Positions 27,312-40,500 of a stretch of DNA of 64,000 nucleotides are shown piece after piece. Every line of letters starts with the position of its first letter. Position 1 is the stretch's first letter. Source of the stretch: Ascidiella aspersa (Eukaryota); assembly GCA_963924565.1 (NCBI GenBank), contig OZ004610.1, positions 9,424,001 to 9,488,000 of the forward strand, written 5' to 3'. The notes under the pieces are model-generated. The model had not been told where the DNA came from, made no database searches, and worked only from the letters and a program-made list of their open reading frames with translations. The translations under genes and the position numbers were made by a program.

Positions 27312-30300
27312 TCATACCTGGGCAGCGTTTTGGTTTGCATGCTTTAGGGAGAGGTTGGACGAGGCGGATTTCTTGATGGGTTTCTTCTTCGGCGGCTTCT
27401 CGCCGTACATCTGCTCTTCAAGCAGCGCCCTCATGCGGGATGCGCGAGCCAGTTTGGCGCTCAGGTAGTTGGGCAACCGCAGCTTGGCCAGTCGAGGCGA
27501 GTTGGGGAACTTGTTGGTGTACTGTATGCGCTCGATCAGGGACCTATATGAAAAAACGGCACGTGTATCGTGTGCTCGCGAAAAAAAAACGTTTTCAAAA
27601 ACGTTGGACCGTAAAATGTTGTTTACCAGGTACACCACAGGTTCAATAGCATTGGTCTTGGTATTTCGCCGAGTCGAGGAATTGCACAAATCACATCCAA
27701 GTATGAGCTAGTGTTGTGAACAAGTCACTTAAAAAATGACTTAAATACAAGGTAAGCTTTTTGCGGAATAAATTGTCCAAGCCGAGTCACTTTTCAACAA
27801 ATAGCAAGCCGATTCGCAATCCAAGTCATCATTTGGACAAGTCAAGCAACTAACAGTGTTAATTGCAGACTCATTATATTCCGAGCAATATTTTGAAATG
27901 GCGATACAAACACTAAACACAAAGCAGAAAAATTTTTCCCGTGAACGAATTTGTCCAAGCCAGGTAATTCATCCAAATAAATTTAGTCAAGTCAAGTTTT
28001 TTACCCCAAAGGCTAGATTGAAGTCATAACATTCTAGTGACCTAAGAGCACTTAACATTACAACACGATACCTTTTACTCGGCCAAGTCAATGATCTGCG
28101 GAAATTTCGCACTCCTACTCTCTACGTAAATTTAACCCTCGCAAAAATATAAAGTATGCGAAGCACACAATATGACAGATCATCAACTTACTGGACGTAT
28201 GCAACCTTTTCTTGCAGCACGACTGCGTCGATATCAAGTGGTTCAAGTTTGGGTAGAGCTTGCTTTAGCTGAAAAATATAAACATATATCAACAACATAA
28301 TTGGTTCTTATCAGTGCTGTTGGAAATCAACGGCTGGGCAGCTGCACCAAAGGGTAACCGGGACACTCGTTACTAGGTTATTATTTTTAAAGTGGTGGGA
28401 GGCTTGTTTTTTCAAGAGGATCGTAAACGCCAAAGAGCGGTGGCACTTGCGCAAGCAAAATTAACGTTGTTTTTCAATACGTTGGCTCACAATTTCGTCA
28501 ACAAATAAGTTTCTTGTTGGCCTTATAAACGCAGTTTGTTTCGTTACCAAAATACAAAATTATTTTACCTAAATTTGAACGCATGTGTCGCCGCACGCAA
28601 AGAGTAAACGAGTTCAGAATTTTGTTACTTGTTTTAAAAATGACTGGAGTCTCCACTTACGCGTAGCCGCGTTCCCACGTTGAAGCGCACGCTTCTCCTG
28701 CCGTCCGTGAAGGTGAGAAAAACGCTCTCCTGTCCCAGGATCCTCAGGCCCGATTGCTTGCTGATCCCGACTGTGATTGGTTGAAAGGGAGGGGCGTGGA
28801 CGTGCGTTTCGGTGTCTTTCCACCGCCACTTCTTAGTTCGCTCACCTTGCTCACTATATAAGATGGACTTCGTTAGGATTATCAGGTAAAAACAATGTTT
28901 AGCCGTGATAACATATCTAAGACAACAGTGTCACATTCGCTTTCTCTGCTTATTGAAATTTATATTCTTATATCGTTTTTATTTATGGCCTACTCCTTGT
29001 CGTGTTCTTTGATAGTAGGTGCGCAGTTTTAAATAAAATAAAGTTGTGTTTGTTTTAAAATTGTTTTTTTTGGGTATATTAACAAAGAAAATTCTTATGG
29101 AGCTTGTGTCAACAATTAATGTGAGTCATTGGAACCTGCGACAAAACCACAACTTTCAGACATGACCCATGCACGTAATTTTTTAATCTGATTAAGGTGA
29201 TTAAGGTATTCTGTCGTGGTTGTAACCTGCACGTATATATAAAATTAGACTTTCGAAGCAACAATATCCAAAGCAGAATGATATAAAATACCATAGTAAA
29301 AAGACCAACGACATAACAATGCCAAACAATAAGTTATAACAACGACAGAATAGGATGTAAAATCGTCTGAAAACCTATTCTTGTCTGAGTAAGTCTTACT
29401 GTACAGTGTATAATTGTACATTCACCGGGTTAAGGCCTCAAAGGACAAAATAACGCATAAAACTATAGAAAGAGGGTATCTGACGGTTGGGGGACGCCTG
29501 TTTGACATCGATTGCTTTTGTTTGAAATTTGGCCACCCTATATAGTCAACGCTGTTATGGCACCGCATTGGCTGTTTAAGGTAACGGGAGGGTAATGATT
29601 GGAATTATAACTGGGTTAGGGATAAGATTATGAGGGGAGTTAGTCATGTAGTCAGGGGCGGGGTTTAGGTTAGGTAAAATGTTGTATAGGCCTTATTCTG
29701 GCCATTCAGATCTTATTTCGACGGGTTTAGGTCTTTCCCCGGTTTAGATGTTAATACGAATAATATAGGTATTAGTCCTATTTTATTTCAGATTTGTGTT
29801 TCATTCCGACGTTCAGGTTGTTCTAATTTCGGTCTAACGGCTGGAGTCGCCTGCACTGTACGCATAAATAAATAAAAACAACTTTTATATAGTATTTTTC
29901 ATCCAACCTTATTAACTTATATGCTTTTAAAACTATATTTAGCAATAAACTAAAAAATTACGAGCCTGTTTACCGATCCAAATTCCTCTATATTGTCACA
30001 AAAAGCAACCTAACATGCAGGCAGTACGTATGGAGCATTGCTAGAAGGGTTAGTATTTTGTCTTTAGAAACTCCAAAAAAAAGGACGATCAAAAGTCACA
30101 CTTGAACGCCTTTTTGTCTCGCTATGTGTTATGTTATTATATTTAAACCTGCTGTATTAAGATATATGATAATCTTTCCAATGAAATTATTGCTTCTTAC
30201 AATTATTGGCAGGCAAAATCTTTACACTCTCACCTGAAATATTCTCCTCCGAAGGCAGAAAGGAGCACTCGTACGACACCTGACGGATAATAGCACACAC

Positions 30301-33300
30301 AGTTTCCGTTGGGTTGAAAAGTCGCTTGCACGCTGGGCAGTTCGTCCATATCCTTGTCCTGAATAAAGTTATTGGATATTACAGATATTAGCTGAAAAGC
30401 GATTAAACTACACAGTTTTTAAGATACGCAAGTCTAATGCTTTCAATACCAATCATTTTAATCACGAGATCTATAAAAACATACCGGAATAGCTCAAAAA
30501 AGGGTCAAGTTATCTTTGATATGCTTAGGCCTTGTATCAGTCGAGTAACGATATTATACTCTGAGATCAAGCATCAGCTTTAATCCTATATTATACAAGA
30601 CAACAAAATCAAATTTCTAAAACGTATATCACAAAAATTGCCAGCTTATAAACCGCACCAACTCTTTTCTACTCGCACTTTACAGGCAGATATAAGATAC
30701 CTCCTGCAGAATGTAAATCAGCTTTCCGCGTTTTTCGCTCGCCAGTATCGTGATGGCCACGTTACCGGAAGAATACCAGACCGAGCCTGTTCCGTCGGCG
30801 AAAACAGCCAGAAACTTTTTCCCGTTGTCGTAGTGTTTGTAGACGAACGTTTGGCGGTAACGCTATAAAACAGAATAACAGTCGACGTACAAAACACTTT
30901 TTGTGTGTTGAGATGGAAAGACTAAATGTACCTAAAATGTGCAATAGAAAAGAATTTGCACATAGCGATCTTCTGAGGTTTACGGCAGTAAAACGTAAAT
31001 AATCCATTCTAACAAATAGTCAAGAGTTACAAAAGACATCTTGACTGTTTCAAATGAGTACACCTTCCGATTTTTCTCAAAAGTCGCATCTAAGCATTGC
31101 TGTTGATTTACTACTGCATTTTCAATAAATTATTTCCCCCACACCAGCTATGCTAATCCATTTTTTGCATCCATGGCGTTGCTACCAACTGCGCTCGCTC
31201 ATTTTAACTTACGCTATGCATCAGTCAATATTACGTGTTATTCAGATCACAAAAACAAGCATAAATCCATTTCATATCTAACGGTTGGTTAGGGACTTTG
31301 GTTAGGCTTGGTTAGGGCCTGTCATACTCCAACCATCCTTGCCTAAGACCCCCCCCCCCCCCCCCCCCGATGGAGTCCTGCTATTTTGAAATATAGTTAA
31401 ACAAGAGTACCGCGTTGGGGCGAAAAATGTACACAGACAGCCATCTGATTACATTACACTAAGGTTCGGGGAGCTTTTTAGGACAACAATAAATACTAAA
31501 TACTTTTAGTTGTATTTTGATGAGCGCCATATAATATTGTTCAGCATCTAGTTTAGGTTGGTTTAAATATATTGATTTGAATAGGACTGTTTCTTTCATT
31601 CCTAAGTATAAGGCACAACGAAAATGGCAAGGTTTGCAAATCTTTAATTACGGTCTGCATTGATGCGAACAGGGCCTTTTAGATCATAAAATATTCCGTG
31701 AAACGACCACGTACAGACAAATAGGATTTACGCGAAGCGAGGAACAAACCGCTACTGTTTGTTTTAAATAAGTAAAATATATCTGCAGTTTGAAAGGGTT
31801 CATGGCACCGTGCAGTTTTATTCAAATCATGCTAGAATGATAGCTTAAATTTATCTGCGAACTACATTCCTTCATCAAAAGCTCTCCCGACCCCTGTCCT
31901 ACACGTTAATATAACATTTTGCACGAGCGTAAAATCACGAGCATACCTTTCCGCTGACAATGTCGTTGCCCAGATCCTGCACGAAAAACTCTTTGGCCGG
32001 ATCGGCAGGAGTTGGGGGTGTGACGGGCCGGATCGTCCAGCCTTCCTCCATGCACTTGTCGGACGACAATGAGTAGTTGACCGTCTTCAGTTGTCGCGCA
32101 ACTGTAAAAAAACAGTCTAACATTATATTCGAAATTCCAGCGTAAGACGTCGGATTTTGACAGTTTGTAAATCGGACTAAAAGGGGTGAAATTCTTTATC
32201 GGAAGGGGGTGAAATTCTCTATGTACCCGATCGCATTGCGAAACTTATTTCACAAAGCTGGTTAAACAGATACAGCGCCATCAGTCAACTTATTTCAAAC
32301 CAAAGGATTACTTTTGATTAATTGTTATTCATTGTATTAAAAATAAAACAAGTTTGATGTCAAAGAAAACTTGGTTTGGGCAGTTTACCAAAACATTGTG
32401 AAAATACCTACACTTTTGACAAACTGGTAAAAAGCCAATTCTCAAATTTAAAAACTCAAGATAGTTGCAATTAGCACAGTAGTTCCTAAGCTATTTTGTG
32501 TCGTCAAGAACTATACTGAGATTAATTTAACAACGCTCTTACATGCATAGAAGTTGGTTTGATTGGTCGCGACTGTTTGTTTCTGTCGCTCCACTTCGTG
32601 AACACGTATCTTTTCCGCTGCCTGCTCCTTGGCAAACTTCTTCTCCTGGAAAACAAGCGAACTTCACATGTCTGTTTTAATTAAGGTATCCTACATGTTA
32701 TAAGCCAGACCTCTCGCGGTTGAAAGTTTGGAGCAAATGTGGAATAAGTTCATTTTTTTGTGAAAGAGAATCAACCTACTGCAACGCCACTAAAATAAAA
32801 CGTTAAGTCGGTTTGTATTGAAATGTGCGCTTAATAGCTCTTTAACACTCGGAAAATAGTTTTGGAATGTTAGGATTTAAATGTTTGGATTCTAGTCAAA
32901 TTGTTTTTCGACGAAGCGGTAAGCATTTTTAACAGTCCTTTTTTCTTTCCATTTATGGTTTTTCAGTTGTGGATACCTATAGAGCTTTATTGGAGTGAAT
33001 TCTAAGTTCAAACTCCCTTACTTATGGTATTATCTGCGAATTAGACTGACAAACCAATTCCGATTTTTAAACCACGATTACTTACTAACCACAAATGTAA
33101 CAATGTAAAGGAACCTCGGCCAATAGCAATCACTTTCCTTTTTGACAAAATTTTGTCATAATCGTTAAGCGAGCACATTAAGAGTAATTGTACGATGTTA
33201 TAGGCCGAGTCAAAAACGGGAAAAATCCTCTCATGTTACACTCACAGCTTGTCAGTAAAGTAAATGCTAAAATACGTAAGTGCTTGAATCAAGCGCGCGT

Positions 33301-36300
33301 TAGGTATATGCCTTAAAAACGTTTTAAATGCACCTTCCCTTCGAACCTTAAAAAAGGCCTGACACCTTTTTTGCGCCAAAGAAGACATTCCTTCTTCATT
33401 CGCCTAAGAAAGTGTATTTAAGCTTTCCTTACAAGGGGAATTTTTACGTTAAATATGCGCTACACACAGCGGGACCAACAACGCAACGACGCGACATACA
33501 AGGTACTCCTGCAGTTTACCTGTTTTGTTCCGTATGCGGCATGCGGCTCAATGTTGATTTTCAGGTCCGCCTCTTTAGCCGACTCTTCCGCCTCTATGCG
33601 CTGCCTCTCCAACTCTTCCAGCAGCTGGCCGTAGTAGGCCTGGTCCTCTTCGCTTAAATTCGCCCAGTCGACGTCACTCGGAAAGCTTTTCTGTTGATCA
33701 TGTGAGCACACAAGTTTTAAACTCTCCGGCGAATTTCAATTGTTTTAAAGTACGAGTGATTTTTTAGGGGTAAAATTAACTGATATCGCCTACATCTGAA
33801 AACCGTAATTCGCTATGCTTATTATTTTTGTGTTTTGACCCTCCTTTAGCCAACGTAATTGACGGAAACTGTTAAGATTAAGGGATACCAAATCTAGTTA
33901 GGGTTCAGTTTTTTATTTTATCGATTGGACCTAGAATTCACGCAGAAAATTTACTACTTTAAGTGAGTAGAAATAAATTAGTAACTAAAAAGCAATTACA
34001 AACGTCCACAAGACCAAACTTTATCATTGGATTTATCATTGGATTTAATCAGTTTTTCACAGCATCTCGGCAAAACAATAGCTAACCGCAAATATAGCAA
34101 TAAAAAGCGCAAGAACTGAATGTATGGCGACTCACACTGTTAATTGTGGTTTACAGACGGGAATTACAATCACAATTTGTATATCTCGAAGTTAAAGTTC
34201 AACAAGTAGACACCGGTTCAATATAGTTGTCTTGATTCACCTCAATTTCTGCATAGTTGATAGGCATAGACTTGGACTCGGGCTTGTACTGCAAGATACG
34301 GGGAGGGCCAACGCTGCTGATTACGGTGGAAGTGCCGGTGGTGCGACTTGCTTTCTCCGACCCTTCTGATTCAGTGATCACCATCTGTAGGAAAGTTAAT
34401 AAATATCTAACGTTTCAAAGAACTTGTGGAGGTTTCGACGGAAATTGGTTTTCGTAAAAGTCGTGATAATTAAAGTTTAAGTTTAATCTTATGAGTTGGT
34501 CGGACTGAAAAACAAAGTTTAAGTTGTTATCACCGAAAGTGATTAAAGGCTGCCACTGTTTCTCTGTCGGTAGAGCGACGGTTCCGGTTTGACCGGAGAT
34601 CGTGAGTTCGAACCCGCGACAGACTAGTTGTTTTTCGCGACAGGCTAGTTTGTTTTTTTGCATTGCATTATTGATCAACAGATAACAAATGTGGTTATGT
34701 GTTTACAACCTTATGTTAACTCTGGACGCCCTATGTTTTTTAATTGTTATAATACATCTATGTACAAAAATTTAGGGCGAACGTAATTTTCAGGTGCTAG
34801 CCTACAGCTCGGACCAAATAAAATAATAGTTATTTTCCAGAAGGTTTGCGTTAAACCTCTAGGCAAATATAAAAATCTATAATGTCTTGACACAAAATAC
34901 CAACTTTGTAAAATGGCTGCCCAGGCTTTAGTACATTGATTAATGATAATTATATTGAGAAGACCAAAGCATAATCTACCAATTAAAATTCATGTTAAAC
35001 AAAACAATCCATTACAAAATGGGATGTTAGACTAAAACAAAAGTATTTAGTTTAAGCATGTATGAACATATTATTATTATTATAAATCAAACTCATTTAG
35101 AGCATAATGATTGGAGGTTGTAGTAAGACGTAATAAGAATATTAAAGCCCATACAGAAGTAGGCAGCATTTTGAACGTTTCGAATAACTATTTATTCATT
35201 TTCAACAAATGTTGTCAAACTCATTTCAGTTCTATAATTGGGCTTCTTTGAAAGACACATTACTAAGTTTGGTATCATGTTAGCATTTGGTAGTTACCTC
35301 TGTCACTGGATTGACATCATCATCATTATCATCATCTAACTCAGAGGTGGCTTCAGGGTGACTCCTAACTAAGGTTGAAGGCGTTGGGATATCTCTGTGA
35401 CTATAAAATCCATGTTTTGACTCTTGTATTCTTTTTTGTGGGTTGTAAAATATATTTTTATAAAAAAGGTTTATAAAGCAATACATTACTACTGGCTGTA
35501 AAAATATTACCTTTAGGTAAATTTAAATAATTAAAAAAATTACATTTAAGACGTTAACTGTTTTTCCTCGTCTTTATCCGAATAAATAAAATATATTAGT
35601 AGTGCAATTAACAACTGTGAATTTAGAGCAGTATATTGTTACCACAAATATATAGAGAAGTATATTGGTATATTGCTATTCCAGTTTCAAAGATTAAATT
35701 ACCTCGGAAATAGTAAACCTCCAGGTTGACCACCTTCCTCTTGTGAGTCAATCACCTCAGAAGTTGAAAGGTCAGAGGTGATGTGCACCTTTCTTCTTCT
35801 TTGAACCGGAGCGTATGAACTTGAGGTGTCTGTTGCAGCTACGGCAACGGATGGGGAAAATGACTTTGCAGCGCCGTCTTCTGTCGGTAAGTTTTAAAAT
35901 AGGTTGTTTAATGGAAAAAGTAAGTTTTTGCCATCAAATCAATTTTATGTTAACATACAGGGTAGTAATAAAATTTTCGTTTGAAGCAGTCTTATATTGT
36001 AAAACAAATCTGTCAATTCAAGAATGATAATACTTTACTGTTGAAAATCCAATGAAAAGATTTCATTTATAGGTACCAATAAAAAATAAAAAACACAGTT
36101 TTACCACTTCAAAAAATTTGCACTTTTAGGTATTTTTTTTAGTTTTACCTTGGGTCAACTGTTCTTTATATTGAAAGAGCCAGCTTTCATCAGTTTGTGC
36201 ATATATAGAAACAGCAGTATATTCTTCGCCGGTAAATTTGAGACCTCGGGTAATTTCTTTTACTGCAGGTGATTCATAACTGCTAACAAGCACACAAATT

Positions 36301-38360
36301 CTTTAAAATTGTTTTTTTTTTGCTGATTTTAAATATTAAATATTTTTATAAATTTTATTCATTATAAAATTTTTTTTTTTTTGTAGCTAGGATAGCCGGT
36401 ACTTTTGTAACTTGTAATCACTATCAATAAATTAAGAATGCAAGAGTGCCTGGCATACCTCATGTCATATGAATTAAATTCATTAAATAAATATAGTTTA
36501 CAAACCTTGATTGCTTTGGTTGGTCTGTTGATGTAGTACCTAAACACAAATTTTGTTGCAGGTTAGTAAAACACAAAAGAGTGATTTTAAAATTTTTCAT
36601 GTACTATTTATGAGTTTTAATTAATTAATGTTGCATTGAATATGTGAATAATAGAAATTACCTTGACCCTTGCAAGATAAATGTCGACCTTAATTCCTCA
36701 TCAGTAACAGCAAAATAATCTAGCAAAGCTAGCAATTCAGGTCATACACATTAACCAGATCTTAAAAGATATATATATATTTCGCCAACTAAGGCATCGT
36801 CAGTATATCTTAATTAAGATATACTGACAATGCCTTAGTTGGCGAAATATATATATATCTTTTAAGTTCTGATTAATTATTAATTATTGGACTAATATTC
36901 TTATTAAACCAGTTGCCCTTTATGTAACATACCAATTGGTGGCAAAGGCTTGTATTCTGAAAACTCATTAGCTTGGCTGACATGAGATTCATCTTCAACT
37001 TGATTGTTGTCTGTTATACACAAGCGTTACTTTTGTGCAATGATGACAAAATTTACTTGAAAAAAATTCTCACCAACTGGATCTTTAGCCATGAGCTCCC
37101 TGACATCAACAGGGTCAGTTTCTTCCTCATATTTTCTAACATTTTCTATTGTCAGTGCTGAAGGAACTCTTGGTTTCTGAATTCTGTAAATTTTTTTTCT
37201 TATAACATACTGGGATGGTGATAACAAAAATTTTATTTCAATTAGGCATAGCTGTTAATGTAAGTAAATCATGTTGTGAGAATACAATACTATAGAAAGA
37301 TTGTTCCGTTACTGCAGTTTGCATAAATTGTTTAAAGAAATAAGTTTCTGATTAATAGGTTTGTTGCAAGTTTGAGGCACAGGCCTTTTAAATTACCCTA
37401 TTCCCATTAGATAGGTTAATTCAGAGGTTGTTAATATAAGCGGTGATTCCCTCCAAGGGTAAAATTCTGAAGTTTCAAAGGAGGAATTTGGAATTTGTTA
37501 AAGAAATCATATTTTTTTATTCTCAGTGATTGTGTTATTGGTAACTGGCTAATTTTGGTGCCCAATAGGTTAAGTAACCTGTTGAATTAGTAAACCGAAA
37601 ATGTCCTGAAACATACAATGTACTTGGAAAATGTTTTGGTGCTTGCGATTTCCAGAGGTAGTTCATTAATAAGCAAGTTGTAACAGCTTACTTCAAAATC
37701 TAAACCAGTGGTTCTCAACCTTTTTTCTTTCGTGGCCCATTTTCGTTGCACAAAAATTCTGTGGCCCAATAAATGTTTGTGAAAAACAAACATCTATAAT
37801 ATAGCTATAGAACAAAAAACAGCAGAATATGTTTCAAAACAGATTATTTCTTGCATTAGTGAGATACTATTTGCTGAACAATAAATTTACATTCCTTCTC
37901 AATTCCTCCCCAAGCCATTATTCCTGTAAAATTAACTATAGTGACACAAATGAAACTAAATTCTTCAGTAAATCTAGCTTTTTAAATTAGTCTGTGGCCC
38001 ACTCAAAGTGTTCCTATGGCCCACCAGTGAGCCATGGCCCACTGGTTGAGAACCGCTGATCTAAACACTACAGTTTACAGGCATTTTTACAAGCAGGACA
38101 AAACTTATGACTTAAATGCACAGTTTCCTTATTATTACATCACACAGCACTATGAGTACGTTTTGCTGTTGTTAAACTACCAACATTTCACGATTGCTGT
38201 CGCCTGTTGCCGGCCTGGATGTGTCGTTTTCATTTTGAATGTGAGTGTTGGATTCTGATAAGTCAGCAGAATGTTGGGTTTCGGCATGTTCTTCTTCGCT
38301 TATCGGTAAATTTTCTTCAATTTCAGTTGCATTATTTTCTTCTGGGGTATCGGACTCCAT
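27312..38360 (-). CDS. ERICH6: Glutamate-rich protein 6-like (FAM194 domain)
   Basis: Phase-consistent exons (minus): 38360-~38181, 37183-37074, 37010-36933, [36719-36662 or 36539-36506], 36279-36149, 35880-35703, 35400-35298, 34384-~34214/34241, 33690-33520, 32645-32543, 32101-31947, 30862-30701, 30358-30234, 28853-28661, 28268-28192, 27543-27312. Acidic N-terminus, then FARQLKTVNYSLSSDKCMEEGWT, YDNGKKFLAVFADGTGSVWYSSGNVAI, FQPNGNCVCYYPSG, KKWRWKD and RFNVGTRL, which I recognise as FAM194/ERICH6-type. The first-exon junction is uncertain. Confidence 0.8.
29303..29850. mobile_element. ~550-bp dispersed element with degenerate inverted arms and a GGGTTAGG-rich centre (related copies at 59785-60268 and 59300-59465)
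   Basis: Shared blocks such as ggttaggtaaaa(t/c)gttgtata(g/t)gccttat, cgggtttagg and terminal gctggagtcg occur in both long copies. Confidence 0.7.
34558..34628 (+). mobile_element. tRNA-derived SINE-like head or tRNA pseudogene
   Basis: D-arm-like gtcggtagagcg, a hairpin ttccg-gtttgac-cggag and a B-box gagttcgaaccc. No convincing acceptor stem. Confidence 0.4.
36751..36876. repeat. Near-perfect 126-bp palindrome in an ERICH6 intron
   Basis: 63-bp arms centred on ttaattaa, about 3 mismatches, no loop. Confidence 0.92.
37706..38058. mobile_element. hAT MITE
   Basis: TIRs cagtggttctcaacc / ggttgagaaccgctg, perfect TSD atctaaac. Empty site in the duplicate at ~46352. Confidence 0.92.
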
Positions 38361-39552
38361 TGCAACTAGCGAAAGACATTCGGTAGCTGGGGCGTTAACT
38401 TGTACAGATCTTCAAAGTGCTAGATATCTCCAGCACTTCGTCCGCAGCTTATGTGTTGTCATGGCGAATTGTAAAAAATTAAATCCAGAACAGTACAATA
38501 CTAATAAAAGTAAAAGTCTTAGATTTCTATACATTTTGATATAAAGTAATAACATCATCCTAAATTTCCTACCGCTAATCTTTATTAAAATCCATCGTTC
38601 AGAGAATAAATAAGCCAAATATTTATTGACAAATGCAATTGTAATAATGATTTAAGTAACTTCGCTAAGTCCTGACACTTCAAGCTTGACAATAACAGCG
38701 CCAAACGGCGAAGCAAGCCTATGGTTACAAAACTAGCTATAGTTACTGCTAGCCATTTATAACCGTATCGACCGACCTACAGAATTACTGCTATAATGTC
38801 ACCCTGCTCAGTGGTTCTTAATGTTTTTCCATGCTGTAGGCCTACCCCATTCAAATCGCCAAATAATTTTTGCACGTGTAGCCTAACTCTTATAGAATTT
38901 CTTTACTATTGTAATTTTATTTTTACACAAGTAACTGAGAACATACAATAGTAGCACAATACCAAAATGTCAGTTAGTTTTACATTTAACTGAGAAAAGA
39001 AATAAATTACATTAATACATTTTCTGCGTCTGATTCAGCATACTTCGATTCACCATCCGCAACCGGTTTCTAAGAAACCCTGTCCTACAGCTGGTCAATA
39101 GTGGGATAACTCGCGGCGGTTAACGGAGACGTATTATTTCACCAAGCTATTACAGCATTAGTATAGAATAGACCAGGTACAAAAAGATTTGCATTAGCAA
39201 GAAAAATATAGGTTTAAATGAAAACACGTTTTTCAACCCTTAGTGAAAAACAGTCGTAGGTCTGTTACAAATGTGAACTTTAAACTAAGTTACAACAAAA
39301 TATACTTTTGCAAGTTTTGGTCTAAACCTAAAAACAACTGAATTGTCAATGTATATTTGATAAAACTTTTTGACCTAACGTTATATTTCCCTCAAATGTT
39401 TTGACATACCTAAACGTAGGTTATAAGTTTATTATTCTGTCAAGCGAGCACATACATGTAAAAGGGCAATGTTTAATCACACATAAAATTACTGATTTAA
39501 CTTTATTGTTTTACTAATATAGGCTACATGTATATTGTGTGTAGGTCTATGT

Positions 39553-40401
39553 CAGTGGTTTTCAACCTTTTGTGCTTCGTGGCCCCCTTTGAAAGGCTCT
39601 CAACCCTCGTGGCCCCCTGCTTGTAAAAATACCAAGTATTTTGTTTAACGTATTTTACTAGTTCACCTTAATAACAAATACAGCCACTAATCAACGAATA
39701 AATGCACTTACTAAAAATTGTACAAATAAGTCATTTTAATTTTAATTAACTTAGTTAGTCATTACAAATATTGTTTATCGACGCCGCCAAGGTATTTTTT
39801 ATATTCGACTCTGTTTTGTACTGAGCCAACCGATGTCACTACATTCGTCGATATGATTTCTCGATTTACGTTTTATTAATGCGTTACTATTAGCCTACTT
39901 GACAAATAAGCTGAGCATGAACCGCTGAATGTTGCCCTAAAAAAAACCTTGAATATTTTAATAACCCTGCAGCGTACTTTATGCGTTTTACGATGGAATA
40001 TTTTTTTTTTGCAACTTAACCTCCCTAAAGGAAATTGCAAAACCGTTGCACCTGGCACTGCGCACAAGTTGCTCGCCTAACAGCATTTCGGACACTTAAT
40101 GATTAGGCAAGGGTAGCAAGTAATAATTGGCCGCCCGAAAAAACGCTGACGCCGCACTGCATGCTACGTATGAAGCAGAACAGTAATTGTTTCGCCACAG
40201 CGAAAGGCGTTTAACCAAACTTGCCACTGCCGAACGATTAATTAGGAACAAAACAAATTAAAAAAAAAAAAAAAAAACACACAAAATTAAGTTAACTGGT
40301 AAATTTTGAAAATAGTGACGCTTTGGTTTTCGCAATATCTAGCTAGAGAATTATGCCCGTGGCCCCCTAGGGGGGCCGAGGGCCACGGTTGAGAAACCCT
40401 G
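39553..40401. mobile_element. hAT MITE (family shared with 46809-47706)
   Basis: TIRs cagtggttttcaacc / ggttgagaaaccctg, TSD gtctatgt/gtctacgt. Empty site in the duplicate at ~49365. Confidence 0.9.
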
Positions 40402-40500
40402 GTCTACGTGGTTTAGTTTAAATTATTTGCAAACTATTTACAACACAGAAAGCATCAATTCGGTGCACTGTTACAAATTCTTTCTCTTGCGTTTTCGTAA

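Noticed and set aside
29610-29680. Interstitial telomere
   Set aside because: Only scattered degenerate GGGTTAG motifs in the centre of a dispersed element that recurs at ~60030-60095.
27312-33711. Troponin-like or coiled-coil gene suggested by the E/K-rich exons
   Set aside because: The spliced product continues into FAM194-type motifs, so these exons belong to the ERICH6-like gene.
34558-34628. Functional tRNA-Gln(TTG)
   Set aside because: No proper acceptor stem and no similarity to canonical tRNA-Gln. Kept only as SINE-like.
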